Below are positions 20,194-30,674 of a DNA stretch of 64,000 nucleotides, piece after piece. Under the pieces are notes generated by a model, which saw only the letters and a list, made by a program, of their open reading frames with translations, was not told where the DNA came from and did not search any database. Source of the stretch: Candidatus Multivoradales bacterium (GTDB lineage: Bacteria; Acidobacteriota; Thermoanaerobaculia; Multivoradales; J023); contig CBDFLE010000006.1 of assembly GCA_965248925.1 (NCBI GenBank), forward strand, positions 2,400,001 through 2,464,000, read 5' to 3'. A program made the position numbers and the translations under genes. Each line of letters begins with the position of its first letter. The first letter of the stretch is position 1.

Positions 20194-22462
20194 GTGCGGC
20201 AAGAAGCCGCTTTTCTATATGAAAGGAGTTGTCCTCCGAAATGCAATTATTTGATTTCCCATCCCATGAGCGAGGACCATCTGTACCGCCAGATGAACCT
20301 ACGGCCCTGAATAAAGAGCGGGCCAGACAATGCGCGAAGCACCTCGGTGCGGTCTTGACACCGCGAGGCGTCAAGGCTCCTGGGAGCCCCGATCCGGGAT
20401 AGCGTCTGGTAGTAGCCATGGCAAACACATGTGAATCAGCGCAGGGATCGTTATGATGAAGGGCCAAAGGGGCTGACAGGCCTGGCCAAACGGCAAGGTG
20501 GCAGGGGCCACGTTCTCGTAGTCGTGGCCCGCGGTCGTCGATCACCCGGTCTAAAGCTGATGCCTAAAGCTACGTACTCCGAAAGCGGAACTTGTAAACC
20601 TGGTATGTCCGCCTACGAAGGTGAGAGTCCGATCTTTCCCGCCCCACCGCGTCAGCGAACGGCCCGGGATCGTTCCGACTCCTATCGTCAACCAGGCAGG
20701 CTGACCGCAAGGGAGGCTATTGGATGTGCCGGAGTAGGACGCTGGAAGAAGCGAATGCCGGTCTGTAATGGATCGGATACGGGTTCGGAATTTGCCCGGC
20801 GCGAAAGCGAGCCAACGTCCAGCGGGTGTTTCTTTGTAAGAGCGCTTGGAGAACCGATTCTGCGGAGGAATGGCGATGGATGACCCGAAGAAATTCGCGG
20901 TCGGCGCACCTTCGGGCGGTGTCGAAAACTGGTCGGATATCGACTGGCGGTGGACGTACAAAACCGTTGAGCGGCTACAAGTTCGTATTGCGAAGGCAGC
21001 TCGGAAAGAACGCTGGGGGAAGGTGCGCTCCCTCCAGCGAATTTTGGTTCAGTCGCTGCCTGCGAAGCGGCTGGCGGTTCGTCGGGTGACGACGAACCAG
21101 GGAAAGCGCACGCCGGGAATCGACGGTGTTCTCTGGAACACCTCTCGGCAGAAGATGCAGGCCGTGGACGAGCTGAAGCGGCGAGGCTATCAGCCTCAGC
21201 CACTACGGCGAATCCACATTCCAAAACGCAACGGCGGAAAACGTCCGCTGAGTATCCCGTGTATGCACGATCGAGCGATGCAAGCTCTTCATCTGCTGGC
21301 TCTCGAGCCAGTAGCCGAGCAAAGGGCGGATCCAAATTCCTATGGATTCCGCAAAGCCCGTTCGATCCAAGATGCCCATGTGCGATGCCACATGGTATTG
21401 GCTAAGGGCAACGCAGCTGAATGGGTGCTCGACGCGGACATCGAAGCCTGTTTTGATCAAATCAGCCATCAATGGTTACTAGACCATATCCCGATGGATA
21501 GAAGTCTACTCCGGAAATGGCTGAAGGCCGGATATTTCGAAGGTGAGATGTTCCACCCCACTGAGCAAGGCACTCCCCAAGGAGGAATCCTCTCGCCAAC
21601 CTTGGCGAATATGACCTTGGACGGTTTAGAAGCTCATGTCCTTTCGGCGGTTCCACGCCCAAAAGGGAAGGAGCCCGCGGCCAAGGTCCATGTCATTCGG
21701 TACGCAGACGATCTCGTGGCCACGGCCAGAACCAGGGAACTCCTGGAAGAGAACGTCGTCCCCGCGGTTACCGCCTTTCTCAAAGAACGCGGTCTGAGAC
21801 TGTCCGAAAAGAAGTCCCAGATCGTGCATATCGACGACGGTTTCGATTTCCTTGGAGCCAATGTACGTAAGTACAACGGCAAGCTCCTGATGCGCCCAAT
21901 GCGGGCCAACGTCAAGGATCTCATCCAAAGAACGCGGAGCCTCATTCGTCGGAACTTCGGAACCAAGACGGAAAATCTACTGCACCAGCTCAACCGCGTC
22001 CTCCGCGGCTGGGCTCACCAGTTCCGTCATCTCGTTGCCTCGAAGACCTTCCAGAATATCGACCACTTCATCTTCGGACAGCTCTGGAGATGGGCGCGAA
22101 GGCGCCACAACAACAAAGGGCTACGATGGATCAAGACGCGATACTTTTCTCGCGTGGGAAACGCCAGGTGGCTACTCAATGCCAAGCAAATCCGAGCTGG
22201 AAGACGTCCACAGACGATCGTTCAGTTTCGAACGAGCAGCCTGAGAATCCGTCGGCACATCAAAGTTCGGGCCGAAGCTAGGTATCACGATGCCCGTTAC
22301 GCGGAGTACTTCAAAGAACGCTGGAGGCAGCGTCGCCGCCGCGAGCATTGGGACCGCCAAAGAACGAGGCCTGGGCAACTGGAGCTGTCATTCTGAACCC
22401 ACAAGCCCGACAAGCCGGGTCGGCAAGCAGCCGGCCTTTGGAATGCCTGAGCCGATTTAGGG
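20194..22462 (+). mobile_element. Group II intron (probably class CL/IIB) with a defective 3' end
   Basis: 5' GTGCG. EBS1 loop TCGTAGT (20516-20522), in stem GGGCCACG/CGTGGCCC, is complementary to exon end ACTACGA. Domain V starts GAGCCG but collapses to ATTTAGGG. No 3' exon found. The 3' boundary is approximate. Confidence 0.85.
20876..22396 (+). CDS. ltrA: Group II intron reverse transcriptase/maturase without HNH endonuclease
   Basis: RVT_N-like WSDIDW..LQVRIAKA, RPLSIP, SYGFR, GTPQGGILSP, RYADD, GFDFLG and maturase LNRVLRGW. Confidence 0.92.
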   Translation: MDDPKKFAVGAPSGGVENWSDIDWRWTYKTVERLQVRIAKAARKERWGKVRSLQRILVQSLPAKRLAVRRVTTNQGKRTPGIDGVLWNTSRQKMQAVDELKRRGYQPQPLRRIHIPKRNGGKRPLSIPCMHDRAMQALHLLALEPVAEQRADPNSYGFRKARSIQDAHVRCHMVLAKGNAAEWVLDADIEACFDQISHQWLLDHIPMDRSLLRKWLKAGYFEGEMFHPTEQGTPQGGILSPTLANMTLDGLEAHVLSAVPRPKGKEPAAKVHVIRYADDLVATARTRELLEENVVPAVTAFLKERGLRLSEKKSQIVHIDDGFDFLGANVRKYNGKLLMRPMRANVKDLIQRTRSLIRRNFGTKTENLLHQLNRVLRGWAHQFRHLVASKTFQNIDHFIFGQLWRWARRRHNNKGLRWIKTRYFSRVGNARWLLNAKQIRAGRRPQTIVQFRTSSLRIRRHIKVRAEARYHDARYAEYFKERWRQRRRREHWDRQRTRPGQLELSF

Positions 22463-22524
22463 TGCCAGCCTCGTCGCACTGCCGTAGTTTCAATGGTTTA
22501 CGCCACTCATTTGCCTGGACAAGT

Positions 22525-23135
22525 TGAGGTGCTCCTCGGATTCTGGTCCAGTCAGAATGAGAGGCTGGGCATGAGGAAGAGCCGATGCGCAAAAGCCGAT
22601 TTAGGGAAGAGCAGATCAACCATAGGCGCGTCTATCGGCTCTTCAAAGCCCTGGGGCTCGCTGTGCGGCGCAAGAAGCGAGCGGGTAGCACAAGGCGAAT
22701 CGGCATGCCGTGAGTCGTACCTCAGCTAGCCAATGAGCTGTGGTCGGTGGACTTCATCAGTGACAATTTGGCGGGCGGACGCAATTTCCGAGTTCTCGAC
22801 GTTGTGGACGATACAACGAGAGTGTGTGTGGCTATCGAGGTCGATTCGTCCCTGTCGGGTCATCGTGTAGCACGGGTGCTTGATCACTTTGCCGAGAGTC
22901 GTGGATACCCTCACAGGATAGTCGTGAACAACGGCCCGAAGTTCAACAGCAGAGCCTTGGAGGAGTGGGCCTACGAACACGCCGTCACCTTGCTGTTTGT
23001 TCGGCCAGGCAAGCCCATCGAAAGCTGTATTGCAGAGAGCCTCAATGGCCGCCAACGGGATGGGTGTCTCACACCTGCACCAGTTTACGAACTTGGCAGA
23101 CGCTGGCCGCAAGATCGAGCACTACCGACCGTCCC
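22525..23135 (+). mobile_element. Degenerate IS3-family remnant
   Basis: orfA start MRKSRFREEQI is joined to orfB pieces NHRRVYRLFKALGL and WSVDFISDNL..RVLDVVDD..VNNGPKF..PGKP..IAESLNG, with stops and deletions. Confidence 0.8.
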
Positions 23136-23136
23136 G

Positions 23137-23462
23137 GCCTGACCACCGATCTGGATCATGGACCTCTCGGGCGGCCGACCGGGTCCAAACCTGCCGCCGG
23201 CCACGGTGCTCAGGTGATTTTCGCCTACAGCAACGCCGGTGTCTCTGGCGGTCCCAGGGTGGACATCCGCCAAGTCGATCGCAACACCACCGCCTCATTG
23301 GCTAAGCGTCTGCTACGACTCGATGGCAGCGGCCGCTCGATCCTCGAGCATCAGCGGCATCCCGGCGCGCTGCGAGCACACCGCCTGACCGCCCACAGCG
23401 GCGAAGGCTCGGCTCGGAGCGTGTCCGAGTGGTTCCGCGAGGGGGCGGACACCGTCCATCGC
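23137..23462 (+). pseudogene. Diverged RHS fragment homologous to RHS1 ~19485-19805
   Basis: SKPAAGHGA..GPRVDIRQVDRNTTASLAKR..RLTAHSGEG..SEW aligns with RHS1 SKPSAGHGA..GPKVEIRQIDRDTSAALAKR..RVTA/YSGEG..SEW. Confidence 0.75.
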
Positions 23463-23494
23463 CCATCTTTGAGCGCTCCAGCCCTGGCGAACCC

Positions 23495-23530
23495 AAAAAA
23501 AAGCGGGACCAGACTCTCATCTGATCCCGG
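23495..23530 (-). terminator. Rho-independent terminator (minus strand)
   Basis: On the minus strand, CGGGATCAGA...TCTGGTCCCG followed by a T8 run. Confidence 0.65.
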
Positions 23531-23993
23531 TTCAACTCGCATTTAAGCGAGCTTTCTAGCAACCGTCAGTGCCTATCGAGAAAGATCACAATGTCTTTCT
23601 GCAAATCATCCTTCCCAATTACTTTTCCGCTGGAACTCCAGCGAGGTATGAGACGCGACGAAAGCCTGTTTGCCCTTGGCTCCTTGTTTGCCGAAGTTGG
23701 GGGGACCGCAACAAACTTAAAAGGGGGGACAGCCATCAGGCACACCGCCAAAGAATCTGGCCCAGCGCAGCAGGTCTGGAAGCCGTCGCCGCTCTCTCAA
23801 CAGGGCTCTATCTTAGAAAAGGTGCTATGACCAGGTGAATCGGACAGAACACCATCCGCATGTCGGACATCTTCCCGGCAGCATAGGAAACATCCTACTT
23901 ATTACACATTCCGAATAAGACAGAGTTCACTCCCCGCTTCCCCACAGCTCAGGTGGCCAGGAAGTTCAGCGAACTGATCGAGTTGCGGGTCGA

Positions 23994-24293
23994 CTAGCCG
24001 CCGACAAAGACAAAACTGCGGGTGAGATAGTCACAGAGAGTGAAGACGAAGAGGATCGCCAGCCAGAAAACACCGCCCAAGACGGTCAACTTGACCACCG
24101 AGGTACTGCCCTTCACATGCATGAAGAAGAGCACCACCAGGGTGGCCTTGCTCAGCGCGATAGCCAGAGCCACCAAGTCGCTCCAGGGCTTGCCAAAATC
24201 GATCACCGCCGCGCCGACGGTCGCCGCGGTGAGGCCAAAGAGTGCCAACAGCACCAGGGCGTAGGGCTTGAGAGAGTGAGATTGCTCGGACAT
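23994..24293 (-). CDS. ctaF: Cytochrome c oxidase subunit IV
   Basis: Three TM helices, KATLVVLFFMHVK and DYLTR. Confidence 0.85.
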   Translation of the reverse strand: MSEQSHSLKPYALVLLALFGLTAATVGAAVIDFGKPWSDLVALAIALSKATLVVLFFMHVKGSTSVVKLTVLGGVFWLAILFVFTLCDYLTRSFVFVGG

Positions 24294-24305
24294 CAGCTGG
24301 ACTCC

Positions 24306-24983
24306 TCAGGCGCCGCTCAGGCCAATCAAGTAGAGGAAGGGAAAGAGGAAGATCCACACCAAATCGACGAAATGCCAATAAAGGCCGAACCCTTCGACAA
24401 AATTGTAGTTCTTCGGCCCCCAGCGTCCAGCCAGAGCCGGGCGCAGCATGAACAGCATGATGCAGATACCCACCACCATGTGCAGGGCGTGCATGCCGGT
24501 CATGACGAAGTAGAGGGAAAAGAAGATCTGCACCGACGCACCCACTGGCTCACCATGCCACTCGAAGTGGTCGCCGGGCACCAAATGATGCTCCCATTTG
24601 CCTTTGTACTCGAAGTACTTAACGCCGAGAAAGACTCCACCGAGCAAAATGGTCAGGATCAGGCCAATCGCGATCAGCTTGCGCTTATTCTGCTGGGCCG
24701 CTCAAACCGCCATCACCATGGTGAAGCTGGAACCCAACAAGACGGCGGTGTTGAAGGTGCTGTTGAAGGTGCCAATCTTCCAGTTGAGCTGCCGGCTACC
24801 AGCCATGAAGGCTTCCGAGTACATAGATCGGTACACCACGTAGGTGATGAACAGGCCGCCGAAGAACATCGTCTCCTGCACCAGAAAGAGCCACATGCCG
24901 AGAAAGGAGGACTCCCTCTGCTGCTCATGGCTCTCGAAGTGATGCGCCAGTCCTGCGACATGTTGGGGGTGCGAATCGGACAA
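24306..24983 (-). pseudogene. ctaE: Cytochrome c oxidase subunit III with an in-frame TGA at 24702 and a 12-bp tandem duplication
   Basis: GMWLFLVQETMFFGGLF, TGMHALH and GLYWHFVDLVWIFLFP; duplication gives GTFNSTFNT (24748-24773). Confidence 0.88.
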
Positions 24984-25000
24984 CGGCTGATCTCCTTGAC

Positions 25001-26398
25001 TCAGGTCCCAGAACCGGCCACTCGGGGTTTGAGATTCTGACGGTCCGGCAACACCGGCTCCACGTACTGATAAGGCTCGAAGTCGACCACCGGCATCTGG
25101 TCGAAGTTATGCAGCGGCGGCGAGGTGGTTTCCCACTCCAGGCCGACGGCACCCCAAGGATTGCGCCCCGCCACTTCGCCCCACTTCAGCGACCAGATGA
25201 AGTACACCGTCGGAATCACATAGCCGACCGCGAGAATCGAAGCACCGGCGGTCGACATCACGTTCAGCACTTGAAATTCCTCTGGATAGACGTGGTAGCG
25301 CCGCGGCATGCCCAGGTAGCCGAGAATGAACTGGGGCAAGAAGGTCAGATTGAAGCCGACAAAGATAAACAGCGCCGACGGCACCGCGACCAGCATCGTC
25401 AGGATCGAGAAAACAGTGGCGGCGTAGGGGGCCTGGCTGGAGACGAACATATGGTGCCCCCAGACCAGAAAACCGAGCACGGCGATGGCGATCGAGGCAA
25501 AGGCGACGAACTTGTAGCCAAAAATCGGCTTGCGGGTAAAAGCAGCGATGATGTCGCTGATCACCCCCAACGACGGCAAGATCATGATGTAGACCGCCGG
25601 ATGAGAGTAGAACCAGAACAGGTGCTGGAAGAGCACCGGATCGCCGCCCAGAGCCGGATCGAAGATGCCCAGCCCGAAGGCACGCTCCAGGGCCAGCAAG
25701 GCGATGGTGATAGCCAGCACCGGCGTTCCCAGCACCATGATCAAGCTGGTGGCGTAATGCGCCCAGATGAACAGCGGCAGGCGGAACCAGGTCATGCCCG
25801 GCGCCCGCATGCGGTGGATGGTGACGATGAAGTTGACGCCGGTGAAGATCGACGAGAAGCCGTTGACGAAGATACCCAAGCCAACAGCCGTCACATGGCT
25901 GTTCGAGTAGGCGGTTGAATACGGCGTGTAGAAAGTCTAGCCGGTGTCGATACCTCCCGAGATCAGCGCGTACATGGTCAAGCTAGCGCCGATCATGTAC
26001 ATGTACCAGCTAGCCAGGTTGAGCTTCGGAAAGGCAACGTCCTTGGCACCGATCTGCAGCGGAATCAAGAAGTTCCCCAGCACCGCTGGAATCGACGGCA
26101 AGAGGAAGAAGATAATCATGACCACGCCATGCATGGTGAACATGCGGTTGTAGAGGTCGGGCTGTAGCAGATCCCCTTCCGGAGTCAGCAACTCGAGGTG
26201 GATGAGCGAGGCGTAGATCCCGCCGATGGCGACAAAGAAAGTGATCGACGCCAGGTATAGCAAGCCGATGCGCTTGTGATCGGTGGTCAACAACCACGAC
26301 TTCAAGCCGTGAGAGACGTTCAGGTAGTGCTCCCGGAGTAGCCTGCGAGCCGCTGCCGGCACAGCGTCCGAGAGGGAGCTGATCTCTGTGGTACTCAT
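25001..26398 (-). pseudogene. ctaD: Cytochrome c oxidase subunit I with an in-frame TAG at 25937 and an internal deletion near 25375
   Basis: [32 protein letters not shown] and [11 protein letters not shown] joins directly to [11 protein letters not shown], so the helix X HFH heme ligands are missing. Confidence 0.9.
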
Positions 26399-26403
26399 CG
26401 CTG

Positions 26404-27399
26404 TCAGTTCCTCGTCGGCGAGGACGGTTCGGCGGCGGCCGGAGCACCAGCACTGTCGTCGGAACCTTCGCCAAGTGATTTGATGTAGGCCACTAAGTGC
26501 TGCACTCCCTCTTCGCCGATCTGACCTTGGAAGGTCGGCATCAGCAGCGGATAGCCAGCGACCAGATGAGCACCCGGATTGAGGATCGACAGGCGGAGAT
26601 AGCTCGCATCACGAGCCACTTGGTGACCTCCGGCGAGGGCCACCGGCTGGCCCTAAATGCCATGCAGCGAGGGCCCGCGACCGCTTCCCCGCCGTTCATG
26701 ACAGGTGTTGCAGGCGTACTTCTTGAACAGCTGCTCGCCAGAAGCGATCGGGGTTAACCCGCCCGTGCCGCCGGCCAGCCAATCTTGATATTCGTCGGCC
26801 TGGAGCACGGTCACCGAGCCGATCATCTTGGAGTGCTCGACGCCGCAATATTCGGTGCAAAACAGGTGGTAGGTGCCCAATTTGGTGGCCTCGAACCAGA
26901 CCTCGGTGTAACGCCCCGGCAACACATCCTGCTTGACCCGGAAGGCGGGCACCGAGAAACTGTGGATCACGTCCTCCGAGGTCATCAACAACTTGATCTT
27001 CTGCCCGATGGGGATATGCAGCTGATTGATTTCTCGCGGTCCCTCGGGGTGCTGGAACTTCCACATCCACTGCTTGGCGGTGGCGTAGTATTCGATCGCA
27101 TCCTCGGGCGGAGTCACGGCGTGGAAAAAGACCTTGATGCCCCACACGCAGAGGATCAACGACACCACTAGCGGAATCACCGACCAGACGATTTCCAGCA
27201 GCACCGAACCACGGATCTCGGTACCCGCCTCGGTGTGCTCGCGGCGCCGGTATTTGACGAAGAAAAAGAAGATAAAGCCAGCGATCGCCAGGGAGCTGAT
27301 GGCGCTGATCGCCAAGGCGAAGAAGTAGATCGCATCTACTTCCCCGGCAATCGTCGAAGCGGCCTCGGGAAAGATTGGAAAATCGAAGATATCTATCAC
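26404..27399 (-). pseudogene. ctaC: Cytochrome c oxidase subunit II with a C-terminal cytochrome c (caa3 type); in-frame TAG at 26653
   Basis: DVIHSF, CuA motif CTEYCGVEHSKM and heme motif CNTCH; GPSLHGI*GQPV. Confidence 0.88.
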
Positions 27400-27410
27400 C
27401 TATGGCATTC

Positions 27411-28307
27411 CTAACGCGCGATCGCGCTCGGCGTTTCGGATCTTTCGCGGCGCCACATAAGCCACAGGAAAGACGCCATGAAAAGGGCGAAGGCGGCACC
27501 GGCGACGCGCAAGACGCGCATCGCCACCATGGTGTACTTACCGAGCTGCGGATCGTATTGGAAACAGTAGAGCAGAACCTGATCGATCAGCGACCCTCTC
27601 TTCTCCTCAGCAGCATCCACCAGCGCCAGCCGAATGCTCTTGGGGGAGTATTCGATGCCGTAGAAGTACTGCGCCACTTTGCCTTCGGGAGTCGCTATCA
27701 AGATCCCCGCGGCATGGGCGTATTCATCTTCGTCGGGTAAGTAAACAAAGCGAAATCCGGCCACTTCGGAGGTCCGGCTGACGCTGTCTTGGTCACCGAC
27801 CAGAAAGTGCCAATTGGCCTCGATCTCAGGTCGGCCATAGCGCTCGACCGCGGCGGCGCGAGCCTGCCGCGCCATCTCCGGCGTCTCCCCGGGATCGATC
27901 GAAATCGCCACCACATCGAACTCCCGGCCGACCTCGAAAGGCAGCACATCGAGAGACTTGGCAACCCCGTTCATCACCAGTGAGCAGAGCATCGGACGCT
28001 CGTAGTAGACGAAGGCCAGAACCACCGGGCGCTGGCCAATGACCTCGCCGAGTTGCAAGCGGCGACCCTCGGCGTCGGTAAACCAGGCATCGAGAGGCAA
28101 CTGGCCACCGAGATGCTGATCGAAGCCAACATCTTTCAGCGGCCCCGGCATATTCTCCGGCGCGATCCGACCGACCGCGGTCGACGGCGCTGGCGGATCC
28201 GGCGGCGCGGCTGGTTGGTCGGCGAATAGCTGGCCGCCACCGATCAAGCTCAGCAGGGCAGCCAAGGTCAACCAGCCGGGTAAGGCTCGCCGTGGCTGCT
28301 TATTCAT
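27411..28307 (-). CDS. SCO1/SenC copper chaperone; first Cys of the CxxxC motif replaced (YYERPMLC)
   Basis: SCO fold motifs ISIDP, WHFLVG, EYAHAAG and LLYCFQYDP. Confidence 0.85.
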   Translation of the reverse strand: MNKQPRRALPGWLTLAALLSLIGGGQLFADQPAAPPDPPAPSTAVGRIAPENMPGPLKDVGFDQHLGGQLPLDAWFTDAEGRRLQLGEVIGQRPVVLAFVYYERPMLCSLVMNGVAKSLDVLPFEVGREFDVVAISIDPGETPEMARQARAAAVERYGRPEIEANWHFLVGDQDSVSRTSEVAGFRFVYLPDEDEYAHAAGILIATPEGKVAQYFYGIEYSPKSIRLALVDAAEEKRGSLIDQVLLYCFQYDPQLGKYTMVAMRVLRVAGAAFALFMASFLWLMWRRERSETPSAIAR

Positions 28308-28803
28308 CGTTGGGAGGCTCCACCGCCACCGGCTCGGCATGCTCGCCGACGGCATTGGCCGGTGGCTCCAGACGCAGTGACGCTTGCTGTTCGAGCAGCA
28401 GGTCCATGGCTTCATAGATCGGCATATGCACCACCCCGGCAGCCTGGTCGACCCAACCCCAGCCGGCGCCGCTGTTGGCTAGCGGCTTCTTTGGACCAAC
28501 CGGCGCTCCGAGGTGGAAGGCCATCTCCTGCCACAGCGCCGCCATCTCGGCCTCCGGCTTGGGCTGGAGCAAGGGACCGGACAGCCGCGCGAGGTGCTCG
28601 ACGGCGAGCAGGGGTGAGGCCGTGGTCGGCTGCCGGCGCCCTTCGAGAAAGTTCAACACCCCCCAGGCCAGGACGATGCCCAGCAGACACATCAGGACCA
28701 GCGCGAGAGCTATCTGCAGCAGACTCTTGGTACTGATCTCGGCACCGAAGGTGTCGCCGAAACGTCCGTCCCAACCTGCCGGTACTTTCTCTTGCTCAGC
28801 CAC
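28300..28803 (-). CDS. actG: ActG-like small membrane subunit of alternative complex III
   Basis: One TM helix, P.LQP.P and GWVDQAAGVVHMPI.EAM; position in the act operon. Confidence 0.7.
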   Translation of the reverse strand: MAEQEKVPAGWDGRFGDTFGAEISTKSLLQIALALVLMCLLGIVLAWGVLNFLEGRRQPTTASPLLAVEHLARLSGPLLQPKPEAEMAALWQEMAFHLGAPVGPKKPLANSGAGWGWVDQAAGVVHMPIYEAMDLLLEQQASLRLEPPANAVGEHAEPVAVEPPNDE

Positions 28804-29995
28804 GGGCCACCGCCTGTTTAAGCAGCGGGTCCTCTACCGGCAGCGCCGGCCGGCCCTTGAACTGAGCCACCAACAACCACACCCAGATGCCGCCAATGGC
28901 GGCCGGCGCGGCCAAATCGAGCCAGTGAAAAGCAACTTTCTGATGGCTGAAGTTGGGCGTCACCTGCCAGTAGAAATCGAGCCAACGCATGGCCAACACC
29001 CATATCGCCACCCAGCGCAACCGCTTGGCGTGGGACTTCAGATCCTGCGATAGCAACAGGCCGAAGGGCAGTGCGAAATGCCCCACCACCAACAGCACTG
29101 AAATCAACTTCCAGCCATTGGCGTTGCGATCGATGTACCAGGTGATCTCCTCCGGCAAGTTGCCGGACCAGATAATCAGGTACTGCGACACCACGAAGTA
29201 GGCCCACAGCATGATGAAGGCGAGCATCAGCTTGCCGTAATCGTGAAAGAGCTTCGGCTTGACCAATTGGTCAAAGGGCTTGCCGCGGCGCAGGAAAAGC
29301 ATGAACAAGACAATGAAACAGAGGCCCGACAAGCCTTGACCAGCGACGAAGGAAATGCCGAAGAGGCTCGAGAACCAATGGGGGTCCAGGGACATCACCC
29401 AGTCCACCGAAGCCAGGGTGGAGGTCAGCATCCACAGCACCAAGCCGGCCGCGCTGAGTTTCTTCAGCCGCAGCCGAATTGCCTCGCTCGGCGCACTGTC
29501 TTGCCGCCGTGACAGGCTCGAGACAAGAAAAGCCAAGCCGCTCCAAATGGCGAAGAAGACCACCATCCGCACGGTGAAAGCGGTGGGATTCAGATAGCTC
29601 GCCTTATGCTGGATCAGGGGGTCATTCGCCGCTTCCGGGGTGGCCCAGGGAAAGAGTTCCTCCAACCCCAGCAGCAGGGGAATCGAAGCGATCAAGAAGA
29701 ACGGCAAGGTGCGTCCCGCGGCTTCCGTGACCCGGCGCATCATCACTCCCCACAGACCACCGGACACATGATTCAACATACCGAGCATGAAAAGGCCGGC
29801 AGCAACCCCGAACCACAGCAGCCAGCCCGTCAAGTAGGCGTGGTAGAAGTGCTCCGGCGCCAGAAAATAGCCCGCCGCAAGAGCTGCCGTGCCGACAGCG
29901 CCAACACCCAGGGCTCGGGCCTGCAGGCCGGTCAACTGAGCCTGGGGCTCGAAGATCGCTTGCTCGATCGTCAGGGTCTTCGCCTGATCACTCAT
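28796..29995 (-). CDS. actF: Alternative complex III subunit ActF
   Basis: Polytopic; DWVMSLDPHWFSSLFG and HDYGKLMLAF..QYLIIWSGNLPEE. Confidence 0.85.
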   Translation of the reverse strand: MSDQAKTLTIEQAIFEPQAQLTGLQARALGVGAVGTAALAAGYFLAPEHFYHAYLTGWLLWFGVAAGLFMLGMLNHVSGGLWGVMMRRVTEAAGRTLPFFLIASIPLLLGLEELFPWATPEAANDPLIQHKASYLNPTAFTVRMVVFFAIWSGLAFLVSSLSRRQDSAPSEAIRLRLKKLSAAGLVLWMLTSTLASVDWVMSLDPHWFSSLFGISFVAGQGLSGLCFIVLFMLFLRRGKPFDQLVKPKLFHDYGKLMLAFIMLWAYFVVSQYLIIWSGNLPEEITWYIDRNANGWKLISVLLVVGHFALPFGLLLSQDLKSHAKRLRWVAIWVLAMRWLDFYWQVTPNFSHQKVAFHWLDLAAPAAIGGIWVWLLVAQFKGRPALPVEDPLLKQAVARG

Positions 29996-30674
29996 GGTGA
30001 TCTCCCGCGGCGTCTGCATGCCCGTCGTCTCCTACTTCAGCCGCAGCAGCTTGCTGCTGCAAAGCGTCTTGGAAGTCTTGCTGCAAATGGCTCGGCAAGT
30101 CGGCCAACACCACGCTCTGACTCAATTGCAAAGCTTGAATGTAGGCCGCGACCGCCCAGCGATCCGCCACCGGCAACTGGCGGCGATAGCCCGACATGAC
30201 GCCGAATCCATTGCTAATCACGTCGTAGTAATAGCCCACCGGCATCTGCCGTAACCGCTCCTCGTGCATCGAGGAGGGCTGCTTGAAGCCGCGCCGCACG
30301 ATCATGCCGCGGCCACGGCCGGTGCTGTCGTGGCAGACGCCGCAGTAGATCTCAAAGCGACCGCGACCCCGTAACAGCAACTCACGAGTGAGCGGCAGCG
30401 GCAGCTCGGTGAGCAGTTCGCCAGCATCGTCTTTGCCGAGATACAGCCGGCGGTCAGCACGCAAGTGGCCACGCGCCACCGTGCCGGCGGGAATCGGCCG
30501 CGATGCCATGCCGTTGGCGAACAGCTCGCTGGCTTCGAAGGGCTCCAGCTTGGGTTGATCCTGCATGTCTTGCCGGCAGCCAGCCAGCAGCAGAACCAGC
30601 CAAGGCAACCCGGCCAGCGCCCATTTGCAGAGCCCGGACTTGGCGGCGGATTGTGCTCTACCAATCAACGTCAT
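29988..30674 (-). CDS. actE: ActE monoheme cytochrome c lipoprotein
   Basis: Lipobox LLAGC followed by RQDMQDQP; CGVCH heme motif; DRWAVAAYI. Confidence 0.85.
   Translation of the reverse strand: MTLIGRAQSAAKSGLCKWALAGLPWLVLLLAGCRQDMQDQPKLEPFEASELFANGMASRPIPAGTVARGHLRADRRLYLGKDDAGELLTELPLPLTRELLLRGRGRFEIYCGVCHDSTGRGRGMIVRRGFKQPSSMHEERLRQMPVGYYYDVISNGFGVMSGYRRQLPVADRWAVAAYIQALQLSQSVVLADLPSHLQQDFQDALQQQAAAAEVGDDGHADAAGDHHE

Noticed and set aside
20876-22396. RT as a retron, DGR or defence RT diversifying the RHS tips
   Set aside because: It has RVT_N and maturase domains, a GTGCG 5' end and an EBS1-IBS1 match, so it is a group II intron. No template/variable repeat pair with adenine-specific differences was seen.
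24702-26655. Stop-codon recoding explaining the in-frame stops in ctaC/ctaD/ctaE
   Set aside because: The stops are of two types (TAG, TAG, TGA), occur alongside large deletions, and TAG/TGA end normal genes throughout the window.
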